DNA of 64,000 nt from the NCBI RefSeq assembly GCF_009914755.1, contig NC_060937.1. One strand, given 5' to 3'. Both the position numbers and the translations under genes were made by a program. Source of the DNA: the human T2T-CHM13v2.0 reference genome, Homo sapiens. The notes below the pieces were generated by a model that was not told the origin of the DNA, ran no database searches, and saw only the letters and a list, made by a program, of their open reading frames with translations. The stretch's first letter is position 1. Each line of letters opens with the position of its first letter. Of this stretch, positions 1 to 17,750 are shown piece by piece.

Positions 1-374
1 TCTTTGGATATATACCTACAAAGTAGTGGGATTCCTGAATCATATGGTAATTCCATTAAGTTTTTTTCATAATGGATGTATTAATTACATTCCCATCAAA
101 AGTATATAAGGGTTTATTTTTTCCCACATCCTTGCTACTACTTTTGTCTTGCTAGTTTCTTTTGTCTTTTTGATAACAGTCATTATCTTGTTAGGACTTT
201 TGCTAGTATTATTATCTTGATAGTACTTTTGTCTTGCTAGTATCTTTTGTCATTTTGATAATATAATACTCATTCTAACTGGAGTAAAAAGATATCTTAT
301 TATGGCTTTGATTTAAATTTCCCTGATTAGTGACATTCAGCATATTTAATATGGTTCTTGGGTATTTCAACGTC

Positions 375-668
<294 letters not shown>

Positions 669-1463
669 TGAATGTCTTCTTTTGATATATGTCTATTTAG
701 ATCCTTTGCCCATTTTTTAAGCAGATTGTTTTCTTATTATTCAGTTGTTTGGGTTCCTTATACATTTTGGATACTAATCCCTTGTCAGATGTATGGTTTG
801 CAAATACTTTCTCCCCTTCTGTGTCCTGTCTCTTCACTTGATTGTTTTCTTTGCTGTGCAGAAGATTTTTAGTTTGGTGTAATCCCATTGATCTATTCTT
901 GCTTTTGTTGTCTGTGCTTTTGGGGTCATATTTAAAAAGTCATTGCCCAGACCAGTGTCATAGAACTTTTCTCCTAATATTCTTCTAATAGTTTCATGTC
1001 TTCCAATGAAGTCTTCAATCCATTTTGAGTTGATCTTTATATATAGTATGCGATAAGGGTCTAATATCATTTTTCTATATGTAGTTGTTTTTTATTTCAG
1101 CAGCATTTATTAAGGAGACTTTCCTTTTCCCATTGTGTGTTCTTAGAACCTTTGTTGAAAGTCAGTCAACTGTAAATGTAAGGATTTATTCCTGGGTTCT
1201 CTCTTCTGTTCCATTGGTCTGTGTCTGTTTTTATGCCAATACCATGCCGTTTTTGTTCTTGTAGCTTTGTAGTATATTTTCAAGTCAGGTATTAAGATGC
1301 CTCCAGCTTTATTTATTTATTTTTTTTGCTCAACATTTCTTTGGTTATTCAGGTTTTTTTGTAGGTTCCACATAAATTTTAGGATTTTTTTTTTCTATTT
1401 TTGTGAAGAATGGCATTGATATTTTGATAGGGATTGCATTGAATTTGTAATTGTTTTGGGGAG

Positions 1464-1911
1464 TGTTTTAGTCCATTTTGTATTGCTCCAACAGAATACC
1501 AGAGACTGAGTAATTTACAAAGAAAATAGGTTTCTTTACCTCATGCTTCTGCAGACAGGGAAGTTCAAGGTTGGGCAACTGCATGTAGCAAAGGCTTCAA
1601 ACTGCATCATTACAAGATGGATGGCATCACGTGGCAGGAGCATATGCAAGAGCAACTGGAAGCATGCCAAGATGAGACCAAATCCAACAGGTGGCTTCAC
1701 TTTATAACCACTTACTCTTGTGATAATTTATCTAGTCTTGCAAGAGTGATAACTCATAGTTTCCTGAGAGATGGCATTACTCCCTTAATGAGGGTGGATC
1801 CCTAATGATGCAAAGGCCTATTAAGGTCCCACTTCCTCTCAGTACTGTTACAGTGGGAACCAAGCTTCAATATGTATTTTGGTGGGGACAAATTATGTTT
1901 AAACAATAGCA
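1464..1911 (-). mobile_element. MaLR solo LTR (MSTB/MSTC-like)
   Basis: Starts tgttttagtccattttgtattgct..gagactgagtaatttacaaagaaaa and ends aaacaatagca; L1 sequence resumes on both sides; no clear TSD. Confidence 0.8.
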
Positions 1912-2838
1912 AGTTGTATGGACAATGTAACAATATTAATTTTTCTAAGCTATGAACACAGGATATCGTTTCATTTGTTTGTACTATCTTCAATTTCTTT
2001 CATCAATGTTTTACAGTTTTCAGTATGGAGATATTTTACCTGCTTGGTTAAATTTATTTCTAATTGTTTTATGTTTTGATGCTATTTTGAATGGGATTAT
2101 TTTCTTGATTTCTTTTTTAGATAGTTTGCTCTTAGTCAATAGAAAATGTTTATTTTTGTTTGCTGATTTTATATGCTACTACCTTACTGAATTTGCTTAT
2201 TATTTCTAACAGTTTTTATGTGTATTGTGTGTGTGTAGAGTCTGCAAACAGGGACAATTTACCTTTTTTTTTTTCCACTTTAGACACCTTTTTTTTTCTT
2301 GCTTAACTACTCTAGCTAGCTAGAATGTCCAATACTATGTTGAATGGAGTGAAGAGAGTGAGCATCCTTGTCTTGCTCTGAATCTTTGAGTAAAAGCTTT
2401 CAAAGTGTTCCTATTGAGTATAATGTTAGCTTTGGGTTTGTCATCTATGGCCTATATTGTGTTGAGGTACATTTTTTCCATACCTAATCTGTTGAGAATT
2501 TGTGTCATGAAAGCATATTGAATTTTGTCAAATGCTTTTTCTGCATCTGTTGAAATGATTATATGGTTTTTGCCCTACATTCTGTCAATGTGATGTGCCA
2601 CATTTGCTGATTTACATAAGTTGAATCATCCTTGCATCCCTGGGATAAATTTCATTTGATCATGGTGAATGATCTTTTGTAATAATGCTGTTGAATTCAG
2701 TTGGCTAGTATTTTGTTGATAATTCTTGCATCTATATTCATCAAGTGTATTGGTCTGAATTTTTATTTTTGTAGTATGTTTGTGTTTAGTATCAGGGTGA
2801 TGCTAGCCTTGTAATTTTTTTTTAAAGTGTTTCCTCTA

Positions 2839-3192
<354 letters not shown>

Positions 3193-3784
3193 TTAGTTCT
3201 TCATTAAATGTTTGATAAAAGTCAGCAGTAAAGCCACCAGGTCCTGGGCTTTTTGTTGATTAGAGATTTTTTATTACTGATTCAATCTCCTTATTCATTT
3301 TTGATCTGTTTAAATTTTCTATTTCTTCATAATTCAGTCTGAGTAGGTTGTAAGCATCAAGGAAATTATGCATTTCTTTTAGGTTATCTAATTTTTTATG
3401 TATAATTGTTCATAAAAGTCTCTTATGATCCTTTCTATTTCTGTTGTGTCAGTAATGTCTCCTTTTTAATTTCCAATTTATTTGGGTTTTCTTTCTGTTG
3501 TCTTATTACAGCTAAACTTTTTATCTGTTTTGTTTATCTTTTCAAAAAAACACATTTTAGTTTTGTTAGTCTTTTATATTGTTTTTCTTGACTCTGTTTT
3601 ATTTATTTCTGTTTGGGTCTTTATTATTTTCTTCCTTCTTATAACCTCTGGCTTACTTTTGCATTTTTGCCTAATTTCTTGCAGCCTTAGATTATTTTAG
3701 ATCTTTCTGTTTTTTGATATGGGTGTGTATTGCTATAAACATCCCTCATAGAATTGCTTTTTCTGTATTTTGTATTTCTGTATT

Positions 3785-7775
<3,991 letters not shown>

Positions 7776-8033
7776 AATTTTTTTGCATTTTGAGGTGCAT
7801 ATATATTTATAATATCCTCTTGCTGAATTGACTCCTTTATCAGTATGTAATGAAATTCTTTGTCTCTTTTTGCAGACTTAAATTCTATTTTATCTGATAT
7901 AAGCATAGCTATTCCAGTCCTCATTTGGCTTCCATTTGCATGGAATATCTTTTTCCATCCTTTCACCTTTAGTCTATGCATGTGCATACTTACTAGTGAA
8001 GTGAGTATCTTGTAGGCAGTTTATAATTGGGTC

Positions 8034-8342
8034 TTTTTTTTTTTTGAGGTGGAATTTCGCTCTTGTTTCCCAGGCTGGAGTGCAATGGCGCGATCTCAGC
8101 TCACCGCGATCTCAGCTCACCACAACCTCCGCCTCCTGGGTTCAAGCAATTCTCCTGCCTCAGCCTCCTGAGTAGCTAGGATTACAGGCATGTGCCACCA
8201 TGCCAGGCTAATTTTGTATTTTTAGTAGAGACAGGGTTTCTTCATGTTGGCCAGGTTGGTCTCCTACTCCCAACTTCAGGTGATATGCCGGCTTGGCCTC
8301 CCAAAGTGCTGGGATTATGGGTATGAGCCACCGCACCTGGCC
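8034..8342 (-). mobile_element. AluSp/Sq-like
   Basis: gctcttgtt and tgcaatggcg diagnostics; internal 16-bp tandem duplication cgcgatctcagctcac; gggtcttttt on both sides. Confidence 0.93.
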
Positions 8343-9105
8343 AGGGTCTTTTTTTTTTAGAGAATATAATATATTAACATTCAAGTGAGCATTCATATGT
8401 GAGGACTTACTACTGCCATTTCATTCATCGTTTTCTAGTTGTTTTGTAGATCTTCTTTTCTTTCTCTCTTGCTGTCTTCCTTTGTGACTAGGTGATTTTC
8501 TCTAGTGGTACAGTTTGATAACTTGCTTTTTATTTTATGTGTATCTACTATAGACCTTTGCTATATCATTACCATGAGACTTAGAAAATATATCTTGTAG
8601 CTATAAAAGATTATTCTAAACTGATGAGAACTTCGATCACACTCTGACACACACACGTGTACACACACATAAGATATGCTTTTACACCACTCCCTTTTCC
8701 CACATTTTGAATTTTTAATGTCACGATTTATATTGTTTTGTATTTTATATCCTTTAGTAAATTATTAGAGCTATTTTTATTTTTAATAGTTTTGTCTTTT
8801 AACCTTTGTACTAAAGGTATAGTGATTTACACACCACCATTATAATATTAGAGTATTCCAAATTTCATTGTGTTCTTACTTTTACCAGTAAGTTTTATAC
8901 TTTCAGGTATTTTTGCATTACTCATTATCATTTTTTTCTTTCAATTTTAAGATGGCATTTCTTTTAAGATGTTTATGGTACTGATGAACTTCGCTAGTAT
9001 TTGCTTGCTTGGGAAAATCTTTATTTCTGATTCCATTCTGAAGGAGAGCCTTATGGCTACAGAATATTTGGTTGGTAGCTTTTCTTTTTTCTCTTTAGAA
9101 CTTTG

Positions 9106-9392
9106 TTGTTTTTGTTTTTGTTTTGTGTTGTTTTTGAGACAAGGCCTCACTCTGTCACCCAGGCTGGAGTGCAGTGGCACAATCATACCTCACTGCAGCA
9201 TCAACCTCATGCGCTCAAGTGATCCACCAGCCGCAGCCTCCTGAGTGGCTGAAACTACAGGCGTGCACCACCGTGCCTGGCTAATTTTTCAAATATTTTG
9301 TAGAGATGGAGTCTTGCTATGTTGCCAAGGCTGGTCTCAAACTCCTGGCCTCAAGTAATACTCCTGTCTTGGCCTTGCTAAGTGCTAGGATC
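9106..9392 (-). mobile_element. AluJ, slightly 5'-truncated
   Basis: AluJ diagnostics (tcactgcagc, gctcaagtgatcc, gtcttgctatgttgcc); TSD ctttagaactttg/cttcagaactttg. Confidence 0.9.
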
Positions 9393-10726
9393 CTTCAGAA
9401 CTTTGAATTTATCATCCCATTTCTCATGACCTGTAAGATTTCTCCTGAGAAATTTGCTGCTAGGTGTATTAGATGTATTAGAACTCTTTTATATGTTATT
9501 TTTTTTTCTCTTGCTGCTTTCAGGATTTTTTTTCTCTCTCTCTCTCTCTTTGTTTTTTATTTTGACAGCATGATTAGAATATGTCTTAGGGTAGTCTTAT
9601 TTGGTTTGAATCTGATTGGTGACCTTCAGCCTGAATATTTACATCTTCTTCTAGGTTTGGAAAGTCTTCTGCTACTAGTTTTTTAGATAAGCTTTATAGC
9701 CCTTTATCTTTCTATTCTCCCTCTTACATTCTTATGACTTGAATATTTGATTTTTTGATGTTGTTTCGTGAATCCTTTCTTCATTCCTTTTCTTTCTTTT
9801 TTATTTTTCTTCTGACTATATTTTTTCAAATAACCTGTATTCAAGTACACAAGTACTTTTTCTCCATGATCAATTCTGCTGTGATGTTCTCTATTGCATT
9901 TTTTTAATTTCTTTTTTTTTTCAGCTCCAGGATTTGTTTGATTTAAAAAAAATTCCAAGCTCTCTATTCAGTTTCTTATTCTTATCATTTATTGTTTCCC
10001 TGTTTTGAATTAAAACAATTTTTTTTGTTTCAATAGCTTTGGAAATACACGTGGTTTTTGATTACATGGATGAATTGTATATTGCTGAGGTTAGGGTTTT
10101 TAGTATACCTGTCAACCAAATAGTGTACATGGTACTCAACAGGTAATTTTTCATCCTTCACTCACCTTCCACCCTCTCCCCTTGTGAATCTCCAGTGTTT
10201 ATTATATCACTCTGTATGTCTTTCCATATCCATGGCTTAGCTCTCATTTATACATAAGAACATATGGTATTTGGATTTCCATTTCTGAGTTACTTCACCT
10301 AGGATAATGGCCTCCAGCTCCATCCAAGTTGCTGTGAAAGACATTATTTTGGTTTTTTATGGCTTAGTAATATTCCATGGTGTGTGTATATACATGCTGT
10401 GTGTATATTACATTTTCATTATTAACTCATCAGTTGATGAGCAGTTAGGTTGATATAATATCTTTGAAATTGTAAATTGTGCTGCAATAAACATATGCAG
10501 GCAGGCACCTTTTTGATATAATGACTTCTTTTTCTTTAGGTAGATACCCAGTAGTGGGATTGTTGGATCAAATGGTGTATCTATTTTTAGTTCCTTGAGA
10601 AATCTTCATACCGGTTTCCATATAGGGTGTACTAATTTATGTCACCAGCAGCAGTGTATAAGCTTTCCCTTTTCACTACATCCGTGTCAACATCTATCAT
10701 TTTTTGACTTTTTAATAATGGCCATT

Positions 10727-11435
10727 ATGCTATTATTAAAAAGTCAAAAAAGAACAGATGATGGCAAGGTTGTGGAGAAAAAGAAACATTTATATACTGT
10801 TGGTTGGAATGTAAATTCGTTCAGTTATTGTGGAAGACAGTGTGGTGATTCCTCAAAGTCCTAAAGACAGAAATACCATTCAACCTAGCAATCTCATCAC
10901 TAAATGTATACCCAAAGAAATGTAAATTTTTCGACTATAAAGACACACACTTGCATACGTTCATTGCAGCACTATTTATAATAGCAAAGACATAGATTCA
11001 AACTAAATGCCCCTCAATGATAGCCTAGATAAATAAAATGTGGCATATGTAAACCATGTAATACTATGCAGCCATAAAAAACAAACAAAGTGAGAGCATG
11101 TTCTTTGGAGGGACATGGATAGAGTTGGAGACCATTATCCTTAGCAAACTAATGCAGGAACAGAAAACCAAATACCACATGTTCTCACTTTTAAATGGGA
11201 GCTAAATGATGAGAATACATGGACACAAAGAGGGCAACAACATACACTGGAGCCTACTGGAGGGCGAAGGGTAGGAGGAGGGAGAAGATCATGAAAAATA
11301 ACTAATGCATGCTAGGCTTAGTACCTGGGTGATTAAATAATCTGTACACAAACGCTATGACACAAGCTTACCTACATGACAAACCTGCACATGTACCCCT
11401 GAACTTAAAATAAAAGTTAAAGAAAAAAAAAAAAA
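10727..11435 (+). mobile_element. 5'-truncated L1PA (about PA11-13) 3' fragment nested antiparallel in the L1PB
   Basis: Sense L1 3' end with aataaaagttaaag and A-tail; host resumes at ggtcattctggctgg (eroded TSD of aataatggccatt). Confidence 0.9.
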
Positions 11436-14399
11436 GGTCATTCTGGCTGGGTGAGGTAGTATCTTATTGTGGTTTTAATTTGCATTTTCCTGATGATTGG
11501 TGACATTGAGCATTTTTCATATTTTTTGCCATTTGTATAATTTCTTTTGAGAAAAATATGAACAGATATGTCTGTTCGTGTTATTTCCTTACATTTATTG
11601 AGATTATTTATTTTTTTTTCTTGATGATTTGAGTTCCTTGTAGATTCTGGATATTATTTCTTTCTCAAGTGTATAGTTTGCTAATATTTTCTCCCATCCC
11701 ATAGGGTGTCTGTTTACTCTGTAGATTATTTCTTTTGCTGTGTTTTTCAGTTTGGCTATGTCCTATTTATTTATTTTCGCATTCGTTTTTGGAGTCTTAA
11801 GTTATAATTTTTTTTGCATGGGCCAATATCCAGAATATTTTTTCTTAAGTTTTCTTCTAGAATTTTTATGATTTAAGATCTTAGATGTAAGTCCTTATTC
11901 CATCTTGAGTTAATTTTTGTATCTGGTGACAAATAAGGATCCAGTTTTATCCTTTGGCACATGGCTATTTAATTTTCCCAACACCGTTCACTGAATACAA
12001 ATTCCTTTCCCCAGTGTAGGTTTTTGTCTGCTTTGTCAAAGATTAGTTTATTGTACATATTTAGCTTTGTTTCTCTGTGTCTGTTCTGTTCCACCGGTCT
12101 CTGTGTCTGCTTTTATACCAGTGCCATGCTGTTTTCATTACCATAACCTAATACTGTAATTTGGAGTTAGATAATGTGATGCCTCTAGATTTGCTCTCTT
12201 TTCTTAGGATTGCTTTGGCTATTAGAGCTGTGTTTTGGTTCTATATAAATTTCAGGATTGTTTTTCTAATTCTGTGAAAAATGATCTATCTGGGTATTTT
12301 GATAGGAATTGCGTTGAAACTGTAGGTTGCTTTGGGCAGTATGGTCATTTTGATAACATTGATTCTTCCAACCCATGAGCATGGAATATTTTCCAGTTTG
12401 TGCCATCTATGAGTTCTTTCATCAGTGTTTTGTATTTCTCCTTGTAGTGATCTTTTACCTTCTTGGTTAGATATATTCCTAGATATTTTATTTTTTATTT
12501 TTTGTAGCTATTGTAAAAGGGTTTGAGTTCTTGATTTAATTTTCATCTTGGCCATTGTTGGTATATAACAGTGCTACTGATCTGTGTACATTGATCTGTA
12601 ACCTGAGACGTTACTGAGTTCATTTATGAAATCAAGGAGTCTTTTGGAAGAGTCTTTAGGTTTTTCTAGGTATAAGGTCATATCATCAGCAAACAGATAG
12701 TTTGACTTCTTCTTTTCCAATTTGGATGTCCTTTATTTCTTTCTACTGCCCAATTGCTCAGGCTAGGACTTCCAGAGCTATGTTGTGTAGAAGTGATGAG
12801 TGTGGGCATCCTTGTCTTGCTCCAGTTCTTAAGGGCAATGCTTTCAAGTTCTCCCAATTCAGTATGATATTAACTTTGGGTTTGTCTTATATGGTCTTTA
12901 TTATTGTGAAGTATGTTCCTTCTATTCCTAATTTTTGAAGGTTTCTATCATAAAGGAATGCTGGATTTTATCAATATTTTTCTTCCTCTATTGAGATGAT
13001 CATATGGTTTTGGTTTTAATCCTGTTTATGTGTTCAGATTTATTGACTTGTGTATGTTGAACCATCCCTGCATCCCTGGCATGAAACGTACTTGATTCTG
13101 GTGAATCGTCTTTTTGATATGTTGTTGGATTCAGTTTGCTAGTATTTTTTTGAGGATTTTTCCATCAGTGTTCATCATGGATTGGATATTGGTCTGTAGT
13201 TTTTTCTTTCTTTCTTTCTTTTTGTCCTTTTCTGGGTTAGGCATCACGGTGATACTAACTTTATGGAATAGTTTTAGTATGAATTGTATCAATTCTTCTT
13301 TGAATATCTGGTAGAGTTTGGCTGTGAATCTCTGGTTCTGGGCTTTTTCTTGTTGGGAGATTTTTAAAATTACTTATTCATTCTCACTGCTTGTTATCAG
13401 TCTGTTCAAAATTTCTATTTCTTCCTGATTCAGGCTTGGAAGATCGCATGTTCCCAGGAATTTATCTATTTTCTCTAGATTCCCTAGTGTGCACGTATAT
13501 GAGTTATTCATAATAGTCTCAAATGATCTTTTGTATGTGGTATCAATTGTAATGTCTTCATTTTAATTTCTAATTGTGCTTTGAGTCTTCTCTCTTTTTT
13601 TTTCTTGGTTAATCTAAGTAGTGTTATATCAATTTTTTTATCTTTCCAAATAATCAACTTTTTGTTTCATTGGTCCTTTGTATTTTTTTTGTTTCAATTT
13701 TGTTTACTGCTGGTCTCATCTTTGTTGTTTCTTTTCATCTATTAGCTTTGGGTTTGCTTTGCACTTGTTTCTCTAGTTCCTTGAGGAGTGATGTTATGTT
13801 GTAAGTTTGTGATCTTTCTGTCCTTTTGATGAAGCATTAGCATTATAAACTTTCCTCTTAATACTGCTTTCACTGTATCCCAGAGATTTGACAACTTGTT
13901 TCACTATTGTCATTCATTTTGAAAAAATTTTCTAATTTCAAACCTGATTTCATTGTTGACCCAGAGAGCATTCAGGGGCAGATTCTTTAATTTCCATGTA
14001 TTTGTATACTTTTGTGAGTTTCTCTTGGAATTGATTTCTAGTTTGGGGCCAGTGTTGTCTGAGAAGATACTTGATATAATTTTGATTTTTAAAGATTTAT
14101 TGAGACTTGTTTTGTGGCTTATCATATGGTCTATGTTGGAAAATGCACCATGCGCTGATGAGAAGAATGTGTATTCTGCAGTTTTTGGGTAGAATTTTCT
14201 GTAAATGTCTGTTAGGGCCATTTGTTCTAGATTCCAGTTTAAGTCCAGTGTTTCTTTGTTGGCTGTCTGCCTTAATGCTGTCAGTAGAGTGTCTAATGCT
14301 GTCAGTAGAGTGTTGAACTCCCCCACTATTATTGTGTTGCTATCTCTTTTCTTAAATTTAGTGGTATTTGTTTTATGAATTTGGGAGCTCTGGAGTTAG

Positions 14400-14401
<2 letters not shown>

Positions 14402-14450
<49 letters not shown>
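14402..14450. repeat. Compound microsatellite (CA)n(TA)n
   Basis: About 17 AC units followed by about 7 TA units. Confidence 0.97.
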
Positions 14451-16249
14451 GGATTGCTATATCTTCTTGTTGAATTGATCCTTTATTATTATATAATGAC
14501 CTTCTTTGTCTTTGTTTACTGTGCTGTTTTAAAGTCTGTTTTATCTGATATAGGAGTAGCTATTCCTACTCCCTTTTGGTTTTCATTGTGTGGAATATTT
14601 TTTCCCACCTTTTGACCTTGAGTTTATATGAACCTTTACAAGTTAATTGGGTCCCTTGAAGACAGCATATATTTGGTGTGCTTTTTAAATTCATTATGCC
14701 AATCTGTACCTTTCAAATGGGGCATTCAAACCATTTACATTCAATGTTAATATTGTATATGAGATTCTGCTCCAGTCATCATAATAATTATTATCTAGTT
14801 GCTTTGTTTTTTTCATTGTGTTACTGTTTTATAAGCCCTGTGAGTTTTATGCTTTCAAGTGTTTTTATACTGGTGTGTAATGACCTTGTTTCTATATTTA
14901 GAACTCCTTTTAGCATTTCTTATCAGGCTGGTCTAGTGGTGACAAGTTCCCTCAGCATTTGCTTGTCTGGGAAATACTTTGTTTCTCCTTCATTTGTGAA
15001 ATTTAGTTTTGCCAGATTCAAAATTCTTGGCTGGCGGTTATTCTTTTTGAAGACACTAAAGATAGGATCCCAACCCCTTTTGGCTTGGAAGGTTTCATTG
15101 AGAAGTGTACTATTAGTCTCATAGGTTTTTCCTATAAGTTATCCAATGCTTTTGTCTCATTACTCTTAGAATTCTTTTTTCCATGTCGACTTTAGATAGC
15201 CTGATGATTATATGCTTCGGTGATGTCCTTTTTTGCAATGAATCTCCCAGGAATTCTTTGAGCTTCTTGTATTTGGATATCTAAATCTCTAGCAAGCCCA
15301 AGAAAGTTTTCCTCAATTATTCCCTCAAATAGTTTTTTTCAAACTTTTAACTTTTTCTTCTCCCTCAGGAATATATCCCTATAGCTACTGGAGACTTTGT
15401 TCTTTTTAATCTTTTTTGTTTGTTTGATTGGGTTAATTTGTAAGTTTTGTCTTTATTCTTTCTTCTACTTGGTCTAGTCTTTTGTTGAAACTTTCCACTG
15501 TATTTTGTAATTCCCTAACTGTGTTTATAATTTCCCAAAGTTCTGTTTATATTTTCTTTTATAAATATCTTTAATGTTTCTTATTTGTATCCTGAATTGT
15601 TTCATTTCTTTATGTTGGTTTTAACTTTCTCTTGGATCTCATTGAGCAAATTAATAATATGCATTTTGGATACTTTGTCTGGTATATCAAAGATTTGATT
15701 TTGATTTGAATCTACTGCTGGAGAGTTAGTATAATCTTTTGGGGGTGTTGCAGAACTCTTTTTTTTCATATTACGAGAATTATTTTTCTGGTTACTTCTC
15801 ATTTTGGTAGACTATTTATTGTGATTATTTCTTAATTTAGTTTTGATTCAACTGGATTTTTTAAAAATTCCTTTTGAGGATGTGACTTTAGTATGTATAG
15901 TTTATGGTCACCTAGCTTTGGATCTGGGTGCTTTCCATGGCAAAGACTCTGTATAAGTTCGTTGTTTATGGAGAATCTTTGGCTTTCTCAGATGCTGGTT
16001 ATAGTAGTGATGTGCTGGGTGTGTGAGCAGGTTCACTGTCTCCTGTGGAGCCAGAATGGCAGAGGTCTCATGAAGTATATTCATTCAATAGTGATGTGCA
16101 GTTTTAAATTTTTTCCTAGTATTTTTTAAACTGCGTTAAACAGGTCAGCCTCCACCCCAGTAGGAGGTGCCCACAGGTAAAAACCAGCTGTGGCTGAAGC
16201 AGGTGGGTATATGCAATACCCCAGTGGTGGGCAGAAGTCCTGTTTCCCT

Positions 16250-17200
16250 CATTTCACAGAATCTGTATCTTTGTTGTTGTTGTTGTTGTTGTTTACTGAG
16301 CTTCCTTAAAATAGTTATTTTTTAATTCTTTATCAGGCAGTATATCCATCTCTATTTATTTGTGGCCAGTTGCTGGCATCTTATTTTTGTTCATTTGGTG
16401 ATGTTATGTTTTCCTGATTGTTCTTGATCTTTTTTTTAGCATGATGTCTGTGTATTTTTAATAATAGGTACTTATTTCATTCTTCATACACTGATTTTGG
16501 CTGGGAAATTCCTGTAGCCAGCACAGTTCTGTGACACACCAGACGTCTGAGGCCTTCTATAGCAGGTGTGGTGCTTGGGCAGGTCAGAAGCCTGGGCACT
16601 GCAGCAGCTAGTGCAGCACTATCAGAAGCCTGTGTTAGATGTGGCCAGTGCTGCTCTGGGGCACACCAGATGCCCAGAGCTGCTGAGGGCTTTCTGGAGT
16701 ATGGGCCCACTAAAGTTGTCCCAGCAGTAGTGTGGCTCAGAGATCAAGTTCGCCATACTATCCTGAAGCCTGATGCTGTGTGGTCTCTCCTTATGCCACA
16801 GTGGATCTAGAACTGATGTCTGTGAGTACTATCTTGGATTATGGGGCTGTGGGGGTTCTGCCTGTTGCTGTATTTTACTGTACCAGGCCCAACGTTGGAG
16901 TCCAAGGTAAAGTCCTCTACTCAGCTCTCTCTGTTTTCTTCAAGTGGACAGTTACCTGTTTTTGCAGTGTACTTCCTGGGTTTGAAAGATGGATGACATG
17001 TTTAATGTAAAATTGTCCTTCCTACCCTCTTCAATGTGTCTTTTCTTATTGTCATGCTATAGCCAGGTACTATGCTGTATCACCTGGCTTTCTTAGCTTT
17101 TGTGAAAGTATTTTTGTGCATGGATAATTATTAATGTTGTTGTTTTCGTGTGGGAAAGATTGATGGAGCATCTTACTCTGCCATTTTGCTCTGCCCTTCT
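16250..17200 (-). mobile_element. Host L1, segment 3 (ORF1 N-terminal part and 5' region)
   Basis: Continues ORF1 from 10006 after the L1PB TSD; ends near ttactctgccattttgct, which resembles old L1M 5' ends. Confidence 0.6.
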
Positions 17201-17204
17201 CCAC

Positions 17205-17750
17205 AATGCATTTTCACAATGGGACTCTACCTGTGTAACAGCCACCTACCTATATTAGGAAAAAGAGCATGACCAGACGCTCAACAGCCACTTTTTGTCC
17301 CACTCATTTTTTCTACCTTTCCCCTAAATCAACCATGATGCCGATTTCTGTCATCACAAAGTGATTTTGCCAAACTTTGAAGTTTATAGAAATTGAATTA
17401 TACAGTATTTGTTCTTGTCTTTGCCTTCTGTTGCTCAACTTTATGTTTGTGATGTTCACCTATGTTGTTTTTCTTGTGGTAGTTCATTCATTTTCATTGC
17501 CTATATTATACCATTGTATAAATACATCACAATGTATTTCTTGATTATATCTGGGTTATTTTTGGTATGAGTTTTTACAAATAGTGTCTCTATAAATACT
17601 TATATCCATAAACTTTGTAGGTATATGTATTCTTTTCTGTGGGGTATATACCTAAAAGTGGAATTGCTGGGCCATAGGGTATGTGTATGTTTAGTTGCAA
17701 TAGATTCTGCTGAACAGTTTTCCAGAATGATTGATTCAGTTGGCTTGCAT
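17205..17750 (-). mobile_element. Ancient L1ME-type 3' fragment
   Basis: tatacagtatttgttcttg..tttcattgc..ggggtatatacctaaaagtggaattgctggg..catagggtatg motifs. Confidence 0.7.

Larger units (their letters stand above)
7780..10006 (-). mobile_element. Host L1, segment 2 (ORF2 endonuclease N-terminus, spacer, ORF1 C-terminal part)
   Basis: Peptide HRLKVKGWKKIFHANG..LISDKIEFK..INIYAP is the L1 APE endonuclease. Confidence 0.85.
10007..16240 (-). mobile_element. Near full-length decayed L1PB-type element (3'UTR through ORF2 and ORF1 into the 5' region)
   Basis: L1PB-like 3' end (caatagctttgg..ttacatggatgaattgtat); endonuclease peptide TDIYRKFYPKTAEYTFFSSAHGAFSNIDHM; flanking repeat tgtttccct at 9993-10001 and 16241-16249. 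Confidence 0.85.
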
